The notes beneath the pieces were generated by a model, which worked only from the letters and a program-made list of their open reading frames with translations, made no database searches and was not told where the DNA came from. Made by a program: the position numbers and the translations under genes. A stretch of 64,000 bases of DNA from an uncultured Bacilli bacterium (GTDB lineage Bacteria; Bacillota_I; Bacilli_A; RFN20; CAG-826). Location of the stretch: assembly GCA_944376605.1 (NCBI GenBank), contig CALWDE010000002.1, positions 51,500 to 115,499 of the forward strand, written 5' to 3'. Position 1 is the stretch's first letter. Every line of letters begins with the position of its first letter. Positions 19,268-30,000 of this stretch are shown here, one piece after another.

Positions 19268-19701
19268 ATGAACAATAAAATTGGAAAGAAATATGGATAA
19301 TTGACCTTTTCAAGGACACCTGAAGTGAATACCATTCCACCAAGATTTACAAGTGCCGTTGCGTTTTCGGAAAGATAGTAGAGGTAAACATTAACAAGCT
19401 CCATACCGGACACGTCAAATCCTGTGGCTGCAAGAACGATGAGAATAGGGCAAACCTCCAAAACCTTGATAGGGGACTGGTTGATGGTACGATGAAGTGT
19501 GGAATTCAGGCCGACAGGAAGCTCAACAGTAACAACACGTCGGGCGTCAGAGGAGTCTATTTCGATAGGCAGCGAGGACTATGGGTAGCCCAGCTGATGT
19601 TCCAGCGAAAGATGCACTTGCTGGGAAGGTTTAAGACAAAAAGGGAAGCTATCAATGCCAGAAAGGCTGGCGAAGAGAAATACTTCGGAAAATATCGATA
19701 A
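19268..19701 (+). pseudogene. Phage-type AP2-domain DNA-binding protein, disrupted
   Basis: MNNKIGKKYG*LT (TAA at 19298), then a frame change to YKCRCVFG...HVKSCGC...NNTSGVRGVYF..W.A......LGRF. Confidence 0.75.
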
Positions 19702-19780
19702 AATCTGATTATTTAGGCCCTATTTTTACGCTGTGTAAAATCCTTAGGGGGTGCATTGTATCAAAAGCGTAGTTGGGAGG

Positions 19781-19801
19781 CATATTGAGAGGCAATGTCT
19801 G
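19781..19801 (+). repeat. Right direct repeat (attR-like)
   Basis: Exact copy of 10039-10059. Confidence 0.9.
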
Positions 19802-19841
19802 AACATTCACAGCGATTTGTGAATTGTGTCAGACATTTTTT
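19794..19841 (+). terminator. Terminator-like hairpin built on the right repeat
   Basis: AATGTCTGA...ATTCACA-loop-TGTGAAT...TCAGACATT followed by a T run. Confidence 0.6.
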
Positions 19842-20332
19842 GATTTTCAGGGAAACATAGAACTCTTTTAGCATTAATAAGAGTTAAGAAATATGGGACT
19901 CACTCTTTATATTTTAGGAGCGCATCGCTAAGAATTACTTATTTACACAGTTTAATCTCTCAGTTTTGTTTGCGGTTCCTTGCTGTTTGTGGAATTAGCC
20001 TATTCCGAAATAGGCTATTTTGAAATAGGCTAAAAAGGAATAAGTGCCGCTTTTATTTTATGGAATGGTAAATGAAATGACAGGAATTGAAAGGTGCCTC
20101 GCCTTGGAATCATTTTAAGCTGTAATGGAGCATGGCAGGCGGAGAATCAGTATGACAGAACTTGTCTGTAAAAAAGAGAAAAACAGCTAGAAGAATTATT
20201 TAGAATTGATTGCTAGAAAGAAAACTTTGTCTCTCTCAATTTGTCGAATTTAGCAGTATGCATAACAACTTTTCTTTTTAAGAGCTAGATTTTCGGCAAT
20301 GTATTGAGGAATTAGCAAAGTTTTTTACGCTT

Positions 20333-23300
20333 TTAATCAAAAAGTGTTAATTGCTCAAAATTATTATTATTTTTAGCGATTTGAAGAATAACGGTCTTAA
20401 TCTCTTCGTACGCTTTTACAAACGAGTTAGGAATACTGATAAGAGTTAATCCTGCATTTTGACAAAGTTCTCTTTTCCTTTTGTCATATTCTTCTTTTTC
20501 ACTATCTCCAAAATGTTCTCCACCATTAATTTCAATCGCAATAGCAGGGATGTTACGGAAGAGTTTTGTTTTATATAAAACACAGTCAAATTCTTGCTTA
20601 GAATATTTTAGCTTTTCATCATTATCTAGCACTTGTCTTACTGGAACATTTCTTTTGGCTTTAAAATTCCGGTTTACGCTACAAAACTGAGAGATTGTTT
20701 TATAAAACTCGTCCTCATAATAAGAACCGTTACTTTTACCAAATTCCACAAGGGGAGAGGGAGGAATAATAAAAGTACTACTACCCTTCTTTTTTACATA
20801 TTGTACTAAGTAATATAAATCATCATCTTTCTTACTTAACCGTTTTATAGCGTCTTCGTCGCAGGCTAAAATTAGTTTTTGCTTTGCTCTTGTGATTCCT
20901 ACGTTAATAACTTCACTATTATTCTTCAGCCACTCATACGTTTTTTGACTCGTTTTTGGAGAAATTGCCATCGAAAAAATAATAGTGGACTTTTCACTTC
21001 CTTGAAGAGAATGAATCGTGCCGACTGAGACGGAATCACTTAATTGATTCTTGTCCAATAAATCTTGGATTAAGTTTTTTTGATTCGCAAAAGGCGTGAT
21101 AATCATCGTGTCTTTAAGTTCATTTCTTTTAGCGTATTCCACAATTCCTTTCGCTTCTTCATAGCAGGCATTTCTTTCTAAGATATTTGTGTTTTTAGGA
21201 TTAATATAAATTAATTCTCCATCACTATTTACAAAATTAGTGAGAAGAGAAGAATGGTAGTATCGCCGGTTAGAAAAGTTGATAATCTTCCTGCCACATC
21301 GATAGTGATAACGAAGCAAAATATACTTTGATACTTTGTCGTTATTTCTCATACAGTCCAAAATGGAATTTCTGCAGTAATCGTAATAGTCAGAAACATG
21401 AAACTCTTTTTTAAACTGCTCATTTACATCTTTATTAAGAAGAATAACAGGCTTTAATTGATTCGGGTCTCCAACCAGTAGCAAATTTCTCCCACGAGAG
21501 ATAGGAAATAAGGCGGTAGTGATATTACACTGACCACTTTCATCCATAATCACAAGATCAAATAAACTCTTACCCGTTCCTAGACGAGAACTTGATATAT
21601 TAGTATCTAAAATGATAGGGAAGACCTTTAAAAGACGATTTAAGTTTCGATCTTCATTGATGTACTTTTGAAAGTCGCTATAGGCGTCTTGTTCTTCTTG
21701 AAACACAATGGAACGTAATTGGCGAAAAGAAGAGTCATTTAGGGCAGAGAAGCAGGCAAGTCGCTTTTGATAGAAAAACTCTTGTAATTTAGGGGAAGAG
21801 GAAACAGAAGAATATAGATGAGAAATTTCATCATTGCTCATAAGGGGCAAACTGTCTTCTTCCTCTTTATAAGCGCGCGCTTTCTCTTCTAAACGAGAAT
21901 AAGCTAAATTGTGACTTTCCATTCGGTTCAGGATTTTAAAGATGTTTTGATACACTTCACTCAATTGAAGCTTTCGTTCATGCATTTTGATTTTTTCTAA
22001 GAGAGTTTTATTGCTTTCCATCATAGAATCGAAATCAAAACTAGTTTCTTTGGTAATTGATTTTCTGGAATATAAATCAGGTTTTGAATCGATTTCTTCA
22101 AAAATTGCACGAATTTTAGCAATTGCCTTCAAAGTATCTTCATAGTTACCAAGCCGCAAGAAAGGCAAACGATATTTTTTATTTTGATAAGTAAAAGCAA
22201 GCTGACTTGCAATGCTGTCTACAGGTTTATTATTTGAGGAGGACACCAATGCCGTTTTGTCATCTAGTAATAAAGAAAAGAGAACGTTAATGATAGTTTT
22301 TGTTTTCCCTGTTCCAGGAGGACCTTGAACATAGGTAACAGGATACTTTAACGCATTATACAAAACACGCATTTGATCGATGTTTATTCGTCTATCTACA
22401 AGACAAATTTTAGGTTCTTTATGACGAACGTAGGATGAAGCGTTCATCAGTCCAAAAAAGGATTTTAAAGGAGGTGTTAGTTTCCCTTTCTTATAATCTT
22501 CTTCAATTTGATGAAATAAATCTCCAAACTGCAAATAGTAGTGGATTTCTTGTAAGTACATGATTGGTCTAGTGGAGAGCAGTTCTCCTTTAAAAAGTCT
22601 TTCTAGTAGATACTTTTTCGCAGCTTCAAAATCGTTCTTTAGTAAGTCCACAAAATCTTCTACTTTGATGTCTAAATAGTCGTAGATAGAGGATTTTGTA
22701 CCTTCACAAAAGAAAGAATGATTCACACGCAGTTTTGAGTCCAAATATAATTTTTTCGTTGCTGGGTTAAAACGAACATCATAATAGCAAACTACATAAA
22801 CTCGACGATTTTTATCAATTGACAAGGCGGAGATACATAGATTTACATCAAACCCAGATTTAGGTTTTAACTCTTCTTTTTTAATAAGATTAATGATGTA
22901 TTTCTCTTGTTCTTCATTTAAAGAAAAGCTTCTATTTTCTCTTAGTTGCTCTAAATCAATCCCTGGAATCATATCGAGATTTTTTAGGTTGGGGTCATTA
23001 TCACTGATATAACATTTCTTTAAGTAATATAAAGTGTTAACCGAGTACTCGTCGTATTCTAAAAAATCATAGGCAGAAGGATTACTTTCAATCTTCTGTA
23101 TGAGTTTTTCGTTATTTCTTCCACAAGTTAAGTTAATAACTTCTGCATCAAGAATACTGTCAAAATAAATCCACGAGGTAAGTTTTGCATCAAGGGATAT
23201 ATTGTCGTTAAAAAGAGACGTGTATAGTTTTCTCTCCCTTGGATTGATATTCATGATATAAATCCAGTAATAGGTTACTTGATTAGAAGTGTTTCGATAG

Positions 23301-23362
23301 GCAATCTTAAGCCACTTATTTTCTTTAATTGCTTTCGAAATTTCACGGCCAATCTGATTCAT
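20333..23362 (-). CDS. SF1 (UPF1/DNA2-like) helicase with WYL-like N-terminus and C-terminal DUF2726-like nuclease domain
   Basis: QGPPGTGKT, DESGQ, VGDPNQL, HYRC, GTIHSLQGSE, NVGITRAK; C-terminal FDCVL...AIEINGGEH...DKRKRELC. Confidence 0.82.
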   Translation of the reverse strand: MNQIGREISKAIKENKWLKIAYRNTSNQVTYYWIYIMNINPRERKLYTSLFNDNISLDAKLTSWIYFDSILDAEVINLTCGRNNEKLIQKIESNPSAYDFLEYDEYSVNTLYYLKKCYISDNDPNLKNLDMIPGIDLEQLRENRSFSLNEEQEKYIINLIKKEELKPKSGFDVNLCISALSIDKNRRVYVVCYYDVRFNPATKKLYLDSKLRVNHSFFCEGTKSSIYDYLDIKVEDFVDLLKNDFEAAKKYLLERLFKGELLSTRPIMYLQEIHYYLQFGDLFHQIEEDYKKGKLTPPLKSFFGLMNASSYVRHKEPKICLVDRRINIDQMRVLYNALKYPVTYVQGPPGTGKTKTIINVLFSLLLDDKTALVSSSNNKPVDSIASQLAFTYQNKKYRLPFLRLGNYEDTLKAIAKIRAIFEEIDSKPDLYSRKSITKETSFDFDSMMESNKTLLEKIKMHERKLQLSEVYQNIFKILNRMESHNLAYSRLEEKARAYKEEEDSLPLMSNDEISHLYSSVSSSPKLQEFFYQKRLACFSALNDSSFRQLRSIVFQEEQDAYSDFQKYINEDRNLNRLLKVFPIILDTNISSSRLGTGKSLFDLVIMDESGQCNITTALFPISRGRNLLLVGDPNQLKPVILLNKDVNEQFKKEFHVSDYYDYCRNSILDCMRNNDKVSKYILLRYHYRCGRKIINFSNRRYYHSSLLTNFVNSDGELIYINPKNTNILERNACYEEAKGIVEYAKRNELKDTMIITPFANQKNLIQDLLDKNQLSDSVSVGTIHSLQGSEKSTIIFSMAISPKTSQKTYEWLKNNSEVINVGITRAKQKLILACDEDAIKRLSKKDDDLYYLVQYVKKKGSSTFIIPPSPLVEFGKSNGSYYEDEFYKTISQFCSVNRNFKAKRNVPVRQVLDNDEKLKYSKQEFDCVLYKTKLFRNIPAIAIEINGGEHFGDSEKEEYDKRKRELCQNAGLTLISIPNSFVKAYEEIKTVILQIAKNNNNFEQLTLFD

Positions 23363-23575
23363 AGTTACGAATTTCTGTATCTATTTTATGGTATTTTTTG
23401 CCTAAACGGGGCGAATTCTTAAGAACAATAAAATTACGAACAAATAAAGTGATTTTTGCAGGGATTTTAAAAGCAACCCAATAACCAAATATAATTTCGG
23501 TTTCAAAGCACAAAACTTTTTATAGTTTCGTTCTTGTTAGTTACATTTGTATGACGCTGCAAAAGTTGTCAAAAA

Positions 23576-24550
23576 TTGAAAAAGCATTTATTAGATAAAT
23601 CTGATTTATTGGTCTCTAAAGTGTGCCTTGGATGTATGGGGTTTGGAGATGGAAGTGGTCAGCAACCTTACGCTTTAGATTATGAATCTTCGAAGAAAAT
23701 TATTGCCCACGCTTTAGAAAGTGGAATTAATTTCTTTGATACAGCAAACTGTTACGGGAACGGCTCTTCAGAACGTTACTTAGGGAAAGCGATTAAGGAA
23801 CTAACAAGCCGTAATCAAGTTATTATTGCTTCTAAAGTTTATTTCAACGAAGGGAAACTTGGGAAAGAAGCCATTCTTCGTGAAGTGGATAAGTCGCTGG
23901 AACGCCTAGAGACAAGTTATTTAGATTTACTTATTATTCACCGCTTTGATGATGAGCATCCAGTAGAAGAAACGTTAGAAGCTTTGACAGAGGTAGTAAG
24001 GGCAGGAAAAGTACGGTATATCGGTGCTTCTGCAATGTATGCATATCAGTTACAAAAAATGTTAGATGTAGCAGATTATCACCATTATGAGCGTTTTATA
24101 TCAATGCAAGATCATTACAACCTTATCTATAGAGAAGAGGAAAGAGAAATGTTTAAACTTCTGGAAGAGGAAGGGATTGCTTCCACTCCTTATTCTCCTC
24201 TTGCAGGCGGTCGTTTGGCACGGTTATGGGATAGTGATAGTTTAAGAAGCAAAATCGATTCTTTTGGAAAGGGGAAATATGACGCGATGCGAGAGTATGA
24301 CTATCCCATCGTTTTAAGAGTAAAAGAGATTGCAGACAAACACCACGTATCAATGGCAGAAGTATCTTTAGCCTATTTATTCTCTCATCCTGTGATTGGG
24401 TCTGTTCTTGTTGGGGCGAGCAAAGAAAAACATATTGATGATGCAGCGAAAGCATTAGATCTTTCTTTATCCAAAGAAGAAATCACTTATCTAGAAGAAC
24501 TATATATTCCTCATAATGTTGTTGGTGCACTAGACAATCCAAATTGTTAA
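23576..24550 (+). CDS. Aldo/keto reductase
   Basis: CLGCMG, FFDTANCYG, YLDLLIIHRFD, GKVRYIGAS, YSPLAGG; TTG start. Confidence 0.92.
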   Translation: MKKHLLDKSDLLVSKVCLGCMGFGDGSGQQPYALDYESSKKIIAHALESGINFFDTANCYGNGSSERYLGKAIKELTSRNQVIIASKVYFNEGKLGKEAILREVDKSLERLETSYLDLLIIHRFDDEHPVEETLEALTEVVRAGKVRYIGASAMYAYQLQKMLDVADYHHYERFISMQDHYNLIYREEEREMFKLLEEEGIASTPYSPLAGGRLARLWDSDSLRSKIDSFGKGKYDAMREYDYPIVLRVKEIADKHHVSMAEVSLAYLFSHPVIGSVLVGASKEKHIDDAAKALDLSLSKEEITYLEELYIPHNVVGALDNPNC

Positions 24551-24623
24551 ATTTTCTATTAGTAAAAATACAAAATTGAAAAAAATCATCTCATTTTGCA
24601 TGGATATTTATGCAACATCGCTT

Positions 24624-26492
24624 TTAGTTGATGAGCGATTTTATGTACTCTCTTAATGCTGCATCTTCACAGTAGATATAGCATCCTTTTTGGCCTCTAG
24701 TTAATAAGGTTCGATAAGTATTGCGAATTAAAATATCGCAGTCTTTCTCGTGAGAAGGATCTCCTTTGAAGCCATATAAAGAGCGGTCGGTTTTTGCTCT
24801 TGCGTTTTTGTCTGTTAAGACTTTTCCGTCTTTGTAATATAAATCTTTGCCAATAATCACTCCGATATAATCAAATTCAAGGCCTTGGCATGTATGAATA
24901 CAACCTATTTCATCAAAGGAATTTTCCTCTAGAGCCCATAAATAATTGGCATGAGTGCTTTTATTGAGATTCCATTTTGCCGCAAAATTTGGTCCAATCA
25001 CAATATCGTATTGTGTTGGATCATTTTGGCTTTTCCAGTCCCAGCAATAGCCAGCAACCATACGAGATTTATTATTAATTGCATTCTTTTTTCTCAATTC
25101 TTCACGCATAAGAGAGGGATCAGAAAAAACACGGATATCGTATTCTTTTGTATCAATTTTCGTATTGGCAGTTGGACGAATCTGCAAAAGATTATCAATG
25201 AAAGCTAAATAAGCATCGCTTCCATTGCAGCGGAACTGCGATGCTAGTGTCAAGTTATCTCCTTCGTGAATGCAGGCGTTAAAGTATTCTGCCCACTTTT
25301 TGATTTCCTCACTGCTTCCAATGTCTTTAGATGTGACTCTTTGATCTTCATCAATGAAGAAAACACTTACTCTGGAAGCATGAATAATTTCTTTGATTTG
25401 ATTTTCTCCATCCTTGCTATATTGGCTACGAAGAATGAGACGATGTGCCTCATCGCATAAGATACAATCAAATTCGTTACTTTCAGATGAACAAAATGTT
25501 GCGCTTCCTTTAAAAAGATTCTTTAAATAACTCTTTTTATATTTGTCTTTTACGAGTTCTCGGAAATATACGTCACGAGGTTCTTGGTTTTTGGAGGTAT
25601 AGACTACATTCATTCTACGACCTATTAATGTGCTTAATAGCTTTACTGCAATTACAGATTTTCCAGTTCCAGGGCCGCCTTTAATAATCAATGTGTGCTT
25701 TTTCTTGTCGTTAAGACTTTCTTTGATAATCGATAATATTGATTCATAAGCAATTTTTTGTTCATCGAGCAAGCGAAAAGAATCATTACCTTTCATCATT
25801 TTTCGCACTTCAGTTTGTAGAGAAAGAGAGGGGCGAATTTTGCCCTTTTCCATGCAATATAAAACATTGCCAGAATCAGGCTTTGTAACATATTTTTTAA
25901 TGAATGCAGCTAGTTTTGCAGTGTCGGCTTGAAGAAAAACAGGCGCTACTTTGACAATGTCATAGTAACGACGATTTTCAATTAGATTTCTTTTTTGCTC
26001 TGAAAAATTATGAAGATATGCGCAGGGTATTAGATGAATGTTTTCTGTTTCAATTGCTTCATTAAAATTTTCCATTGTTTTGGCATAGGTATAGGCTTGA
26101 TAGGAGGGATGAGGTTCCTCCCGCAAAGCGCCAGCAACCCAAGTCCGTACAATGTCATCTTTATCGGTTAGTTGAATGTCGTCCCATTGTTTTAACTCGA
26201 TAATTACAGCAGATTTTTGATTGTTATCGTTTCTGCCAGAAATAATAAAATCGATTCTTTTCGAGGTTAAAGGAATTTGAAATTCAATGGCCACCCATAG
26301 ATCTTTATTTATGCCAAAAGAAGAATCAAAAACATGATCTAAATAAGTCATTGAATTTTGAAATGCACGATGTTCACGGTCGTTATTGTGAGCAAAACCG
26401 TGACTACGGAATCCTTCCTCTATTTTGTCAGCAATCTGATTAAAGATAACGTCTTGATGAAATCTTTCTATGGTATTGGTATAGGCAATCAT
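24624..26492 (-). CDS. DUF2075 family protein (N-terminal nuclease-like domain plus Schlafen-type helicase/ATPase)
   Basis: IEFQIP..KRID..IIELKQW, HPSYQ, GGPGTGKS, DEAHRL, SQFRC, GCIHTCQGLEFDY, YRTLLTRG. Confidence 0.88.
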   Translation of the reverse strand: MIAYTNTIERFHQDVIFNQIADKIEEGFRSHGFAHNNDREHRAFQNSMTYLDHVFDSSFGINKDLWVAIEFQIPLTSKRIDFIISGRNDNNQKSAVIIELKQWDDIQLTDKDDIVRTWVAGALREEPHPSYQAYTYAKTMENFNEAIETENIHLIPCAYLHNFSEQKRNLIENRRYYDIVKVAPVFLQADTAKLAAFIKKYVTKPDSGNVLYCMEKGKIRPSLSLQTEVRKMMKGNDSFRLLDEQKIAYESILSIIKESLNDKKKHTLIIKGGPGTGKSVIAVKLLSTLIGRRMNVVYTSKNQEPRDVYFRELVKDKYKKSYLKNLFKGSATFCSSESNEFDCILCDEAHRLILRSQYSKDGENQIKEIIHASRVSVFFIDEDQRVTSKDIGSSEEIKKWAEYFNACIHEGDNLTLASQFRCNGSDAYLAFIDNLLQIRPTANTKIDTKEYDIRVFSDPSLMREELRKKNAINNKSRMVAGYCWDWKSQNDPTQYDIVIGPNFAAKWNLNKSTHANYLWALEENSFDEIGCIHTCQGLEFDYIGVIIGKDLYYKDGKVLTDKNARAKTDRSLYGFKGDPSHEKDCDILIRNTYRTLLTRGQKGCYIYCEDAALREYIKSLIN

Positions 26493-26815
26493 AATTTATT
26501 GTACTTTGTGCTTTTAGACTTACATTTCTCAACAGGGTATTTCTTTTTCGTTTTCTCTAATTTTTGCAAAACAATATCAGAAATATTAAGGTGTAAAACA
26601 TCCGCCATCTGGATACAGTAATTAATGACATCTGCAAGTTCTTCTTTTACTGCTTCTATGTCATAGTTTTCTTCATCCCACTGGAAGCATTCAAGGAGTT
26701 CATTCGCTTCAATAGAGATAGATTTTGCCAAATTAGCAGGAGAATGAAATTGCCCTCAATCTCTTTCTTCTACAAACTTTGAAATCTCTTTTTGTAATAA
26801 GTCTAGTTTATCCAT
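26489..26815 (-). pseudogene. MazG-like nucleotide pyrophosphohydrolase with in-frame TGA at codon 20
   Basis: MDKLDLLQKEISKFVEERD*GQFHSPANLAKSISIEANELLE..FQW..EELADV; TGA at 26756-26758. Confidence 0.85.
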
Positions 26816-27039
26816 AAAGTCCCTTTCATTTTAATCCTTCTCTTCATTTTTAACATTATTTTTACATATAGTCATCGCGCTCTGCCGCTGATAAAAGGTG
26901 AACTAAGATACAATTTATCTATCTAAGAAGAAAACATGGAAGAAGAAAAGCGCGCATTAAATGAAAAGCTCTTTTTAACGAGCGATTCTCATTTAAAAGA
27001 AAAGAAAATAAGAAGAATAAGGCGCCTTTTGCAGAGATT

Positions 27040-30000
27040 TTAGGAAAGAATAAAGGCGATATCTTCTTTTGAAAGGCTAGAAACGCCTTCTTCTCCGCTT
27101 TTAATAAAGCGTTCATAAATCTCTTTCTTTTTCTCTTGGAGTAAGACGACTTTTTCTTCTACGCTATCTTCTGTGATTAGTTTATAGATAGTGACAGGAT
27201 GCACTTGACCAATACGGTGAGCGCGGTCACTTGCCTGTTCTTCCGCGGCAAGATTCCACCATGGATCTAGATGAATTACAGTATCGGCGCCTTGTAAATT
27301 CAAACCTGTTCCACCTGCTTTTAATGAAATAAGCATTACTTTAATCTCGTCTTTTTTGTTAAAGTTATCCGCTAATTTGACACGTTCTAATGCACCTGTA
27401 TCGCCAGTAATGGCTGCGTAGGGAATCTCTACCTCTTCTAAAAGAGGTTTTAAGTGATCTAAAACTTTCGTAAAGGAAGAGAATACTAATACTTTATGGC
27501 CAGTAGATACATTATTTTGGATGATAATCATCGCTAGAGATAATTTACTGGAAGGCTCCTCAAACCCTTCTAAAAAAGTAGAGGGATCAATACAGATTTG
27601 TCTTAAACGAGTAAGCATTTGGAGTATGGCAATAGGACCAACTTCTTGCCGCATTTCTCTTGCTTTATATAAATAAGATTCGTAAATCTTTCTTTCTTTT
27701 TCATCTAAATGTACGGGAACTTGCAAAATTGTCTTTGGAGGGAGAGAAGATAAAACGTCTTCTTTTCTTCGTCTTAGAACAAAGGGCCGCACTAAGATTT
27801 CTATCTTTTTGCTAAGAAAAGAGTCTTCATACATTCGCAAGAACTCGTTTTTCGCGCCAAGATATCCTGGCATTAGAAAATCAAATATGGACCATAAATC
27901 AGTTGCGTTATTTTCAATAGGAGTGCCTGTTAAAACAATCCGGTATTCCGCGTTTAAATCTTTGGCAGCTTGTGCTTTTTTGGTGTGATCGTTTTTGATG
28001 GTTTGTCCCTCATCTAGTACGAGAAGTGAGAAATTCTTTTCTTTTAAGAAATCATGATGGATACGAAGAGAATCGTAAGAAAGCAAATAAACAGAGTCAT
28101 CTTCTTTCATTTGGGATAAAAGCTCTTCTCTTACTTGATGCGGGCCATCTACAATTACAACTTTCTTATCCTTATACCAACGTTTGAATTCGTTCGCCCA
28201 GTTATAAACAAGACTCTTGGGGGAGACAATAAGAAGCGGTTTATTCACTTTTAATGTCGAAATAAAAGCAATGGTCTCAAGCGTTTTACCAAGTCCCATA
28301 TCATCGGCAAGAATGGGGCAAAATCCGTAGGAATAACACACGGATAACCACTGAATAGCGGATTTTTGATAATCACGCAAAGCAGAAGATAAAGCAGAAG
28401 ATAAACTAAGAGGATAAGAAGAGAAGGAAGCAACATCTTGCAGGGCTTTTTCTAAGCTTCCATCATCTTCGAAAGTAAATAGATCATTTCCGCGTGTTCT
28501 TAAAGAATAAGCTTCATAAAAGGGAAGAAGAGGGGACTCCTTCTCAAGGAAGCCGTACTCCTCTATTAAGCTGAGGGTAGATTTCACTTTTTCTGTATAG
28601 ATTAAAGCGCGATTCTCTAAAAGAATATATCGCTTGTTTTTATGAAAGCCTTCTAATATTTTATAGAGCTCTTCATAAGTAAAATCGTTTGAATGTAAAG
28701 TTAAACGTAAATAGTGTCCCTCTAAGTGAGAAGTAATCTTAATCGATAAGTCTTTCTTCACGATAAGACGCTTTAAAGAATCATCGATTTCTAGATAGGC
28801 TAAAGAAGCAATGCTCGATAAATCTTGCAGTAAAAAGAGAGAGGGATCTTCAGACACCCCGTCTTCTTTTAGTCCTTTTTCGTTTAAGGCATTTTCAAAT
28901 GCACTTAGCAGAGAAGCGCCAAGGAAAGAGGAAGAGAACTCATCTTTAGAAACCTCTTTTCCCTTTTGGGAATAAATGCTTTTATAAATAATTTCGTCCT
29001 CTTCTTTTTTGTAAATAATTTGATAGGTAATTTTATAAGGACTTTTTTCTTTAAAAGAAGGATGAGTTACCAAATCTTTCCCCGCAAGAGGAATCACATA
29101 TTTCGGGAATAAATCCTGAACATCAAAATAACTATCGAGTCCTTCTTTTAAGAAAAATAGATAGAGTGAAGCGTTATTCTTGCTTGGAAAAGAGAAGAGA
29201 CGTAAATGATGGTTTTCTACCAAAACAACTTTTTCTTTACTTTGATAGATTTGATGAGGGATTTTACTAAAAGAAGCGGGTTCACGGATAAGATTTGCTT
29301 CTTCATCAAATCCAATATAAGCGTTAGCAGCAGGGGGAATTACTTCTTCAATAGGACGGAGATATTCCACCATAACCTTCTTGCCAACAAGTGCGAATAA
29401 AATATCTACAAAACTTTCGCGGTCAATAATTAGGGAAGAGTAGTTATTTACAAAAGGCACTTTACGGGAAAATGCCAACGCTGCTTTAGCAATATCAATG
29501 AGTAAAGCATCATAAGGGGGAAGGAATTCTTCTTTTCGATTAGGTACCTTTTGCCCGCGATAGGTAAATTCCTCCCCTGTGAGAACACTTAAAAAATAAC
29601 TCCGTCCGGCAGTGACTTTAATTTCTTTTTCTCCTTGATGAATCGTAAAAGAAACTTGAAAGCAGTGGGTTTGTTCCAAATTAGCGGGAGCAAAACTAAA
29701 GTCGATTGTTGCAAGAGGTAATTTTTCTTTCTCCTCTTTGATAAGAGAAGGCGGAAGTTCCAAATCTTTTACAAAATGCAGAAAGTGTTCTCGGTGATCT
29801 TCATGCGCTTGAAACTCTTCTAAATCTAAGCAGGAAAGACGCTTTAAGACAGGATAATCCTCACCGTAATATGCCTTTAGTGTCTCTTCAGAAAGTTTCT
29901 TTTCTCCCTCTTCTAAAAACAAAAGCAGAGCATTCACGTGACTTTTGCGGAAATAATAGCCATCACTTAAGTGAATTAGATGCCCGCTTGCATTTAAGGA

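Larger units (their letters stand above)
10039..19801. mobile_element. Genomic island at the tRNA-Thr 3' end, no integrase
   Basis: Identical 21-bp flanking repeat; higher GC than flanks (spot counts 29/60 G+C at 12181-12240 vs 18/60 at 3721-3780); phage-type pseudogene at the right end. Confidence 0.8.

Noticed and set aside
19126-19461. 111-aa hydrophobic minus-strand ORF
   Set aside because: Antisense to the AP2 pseudogene, whose motifs are recognisable on the plus strand
26756-26758. Genome-wide UGA=Trp (code 4)
   Set aside because: Long genes are uninterrupted under code 11 and use TGG; TGA terminates malQ, the GT fusion, the SGNH gene and rhaB in ATGA overlaps
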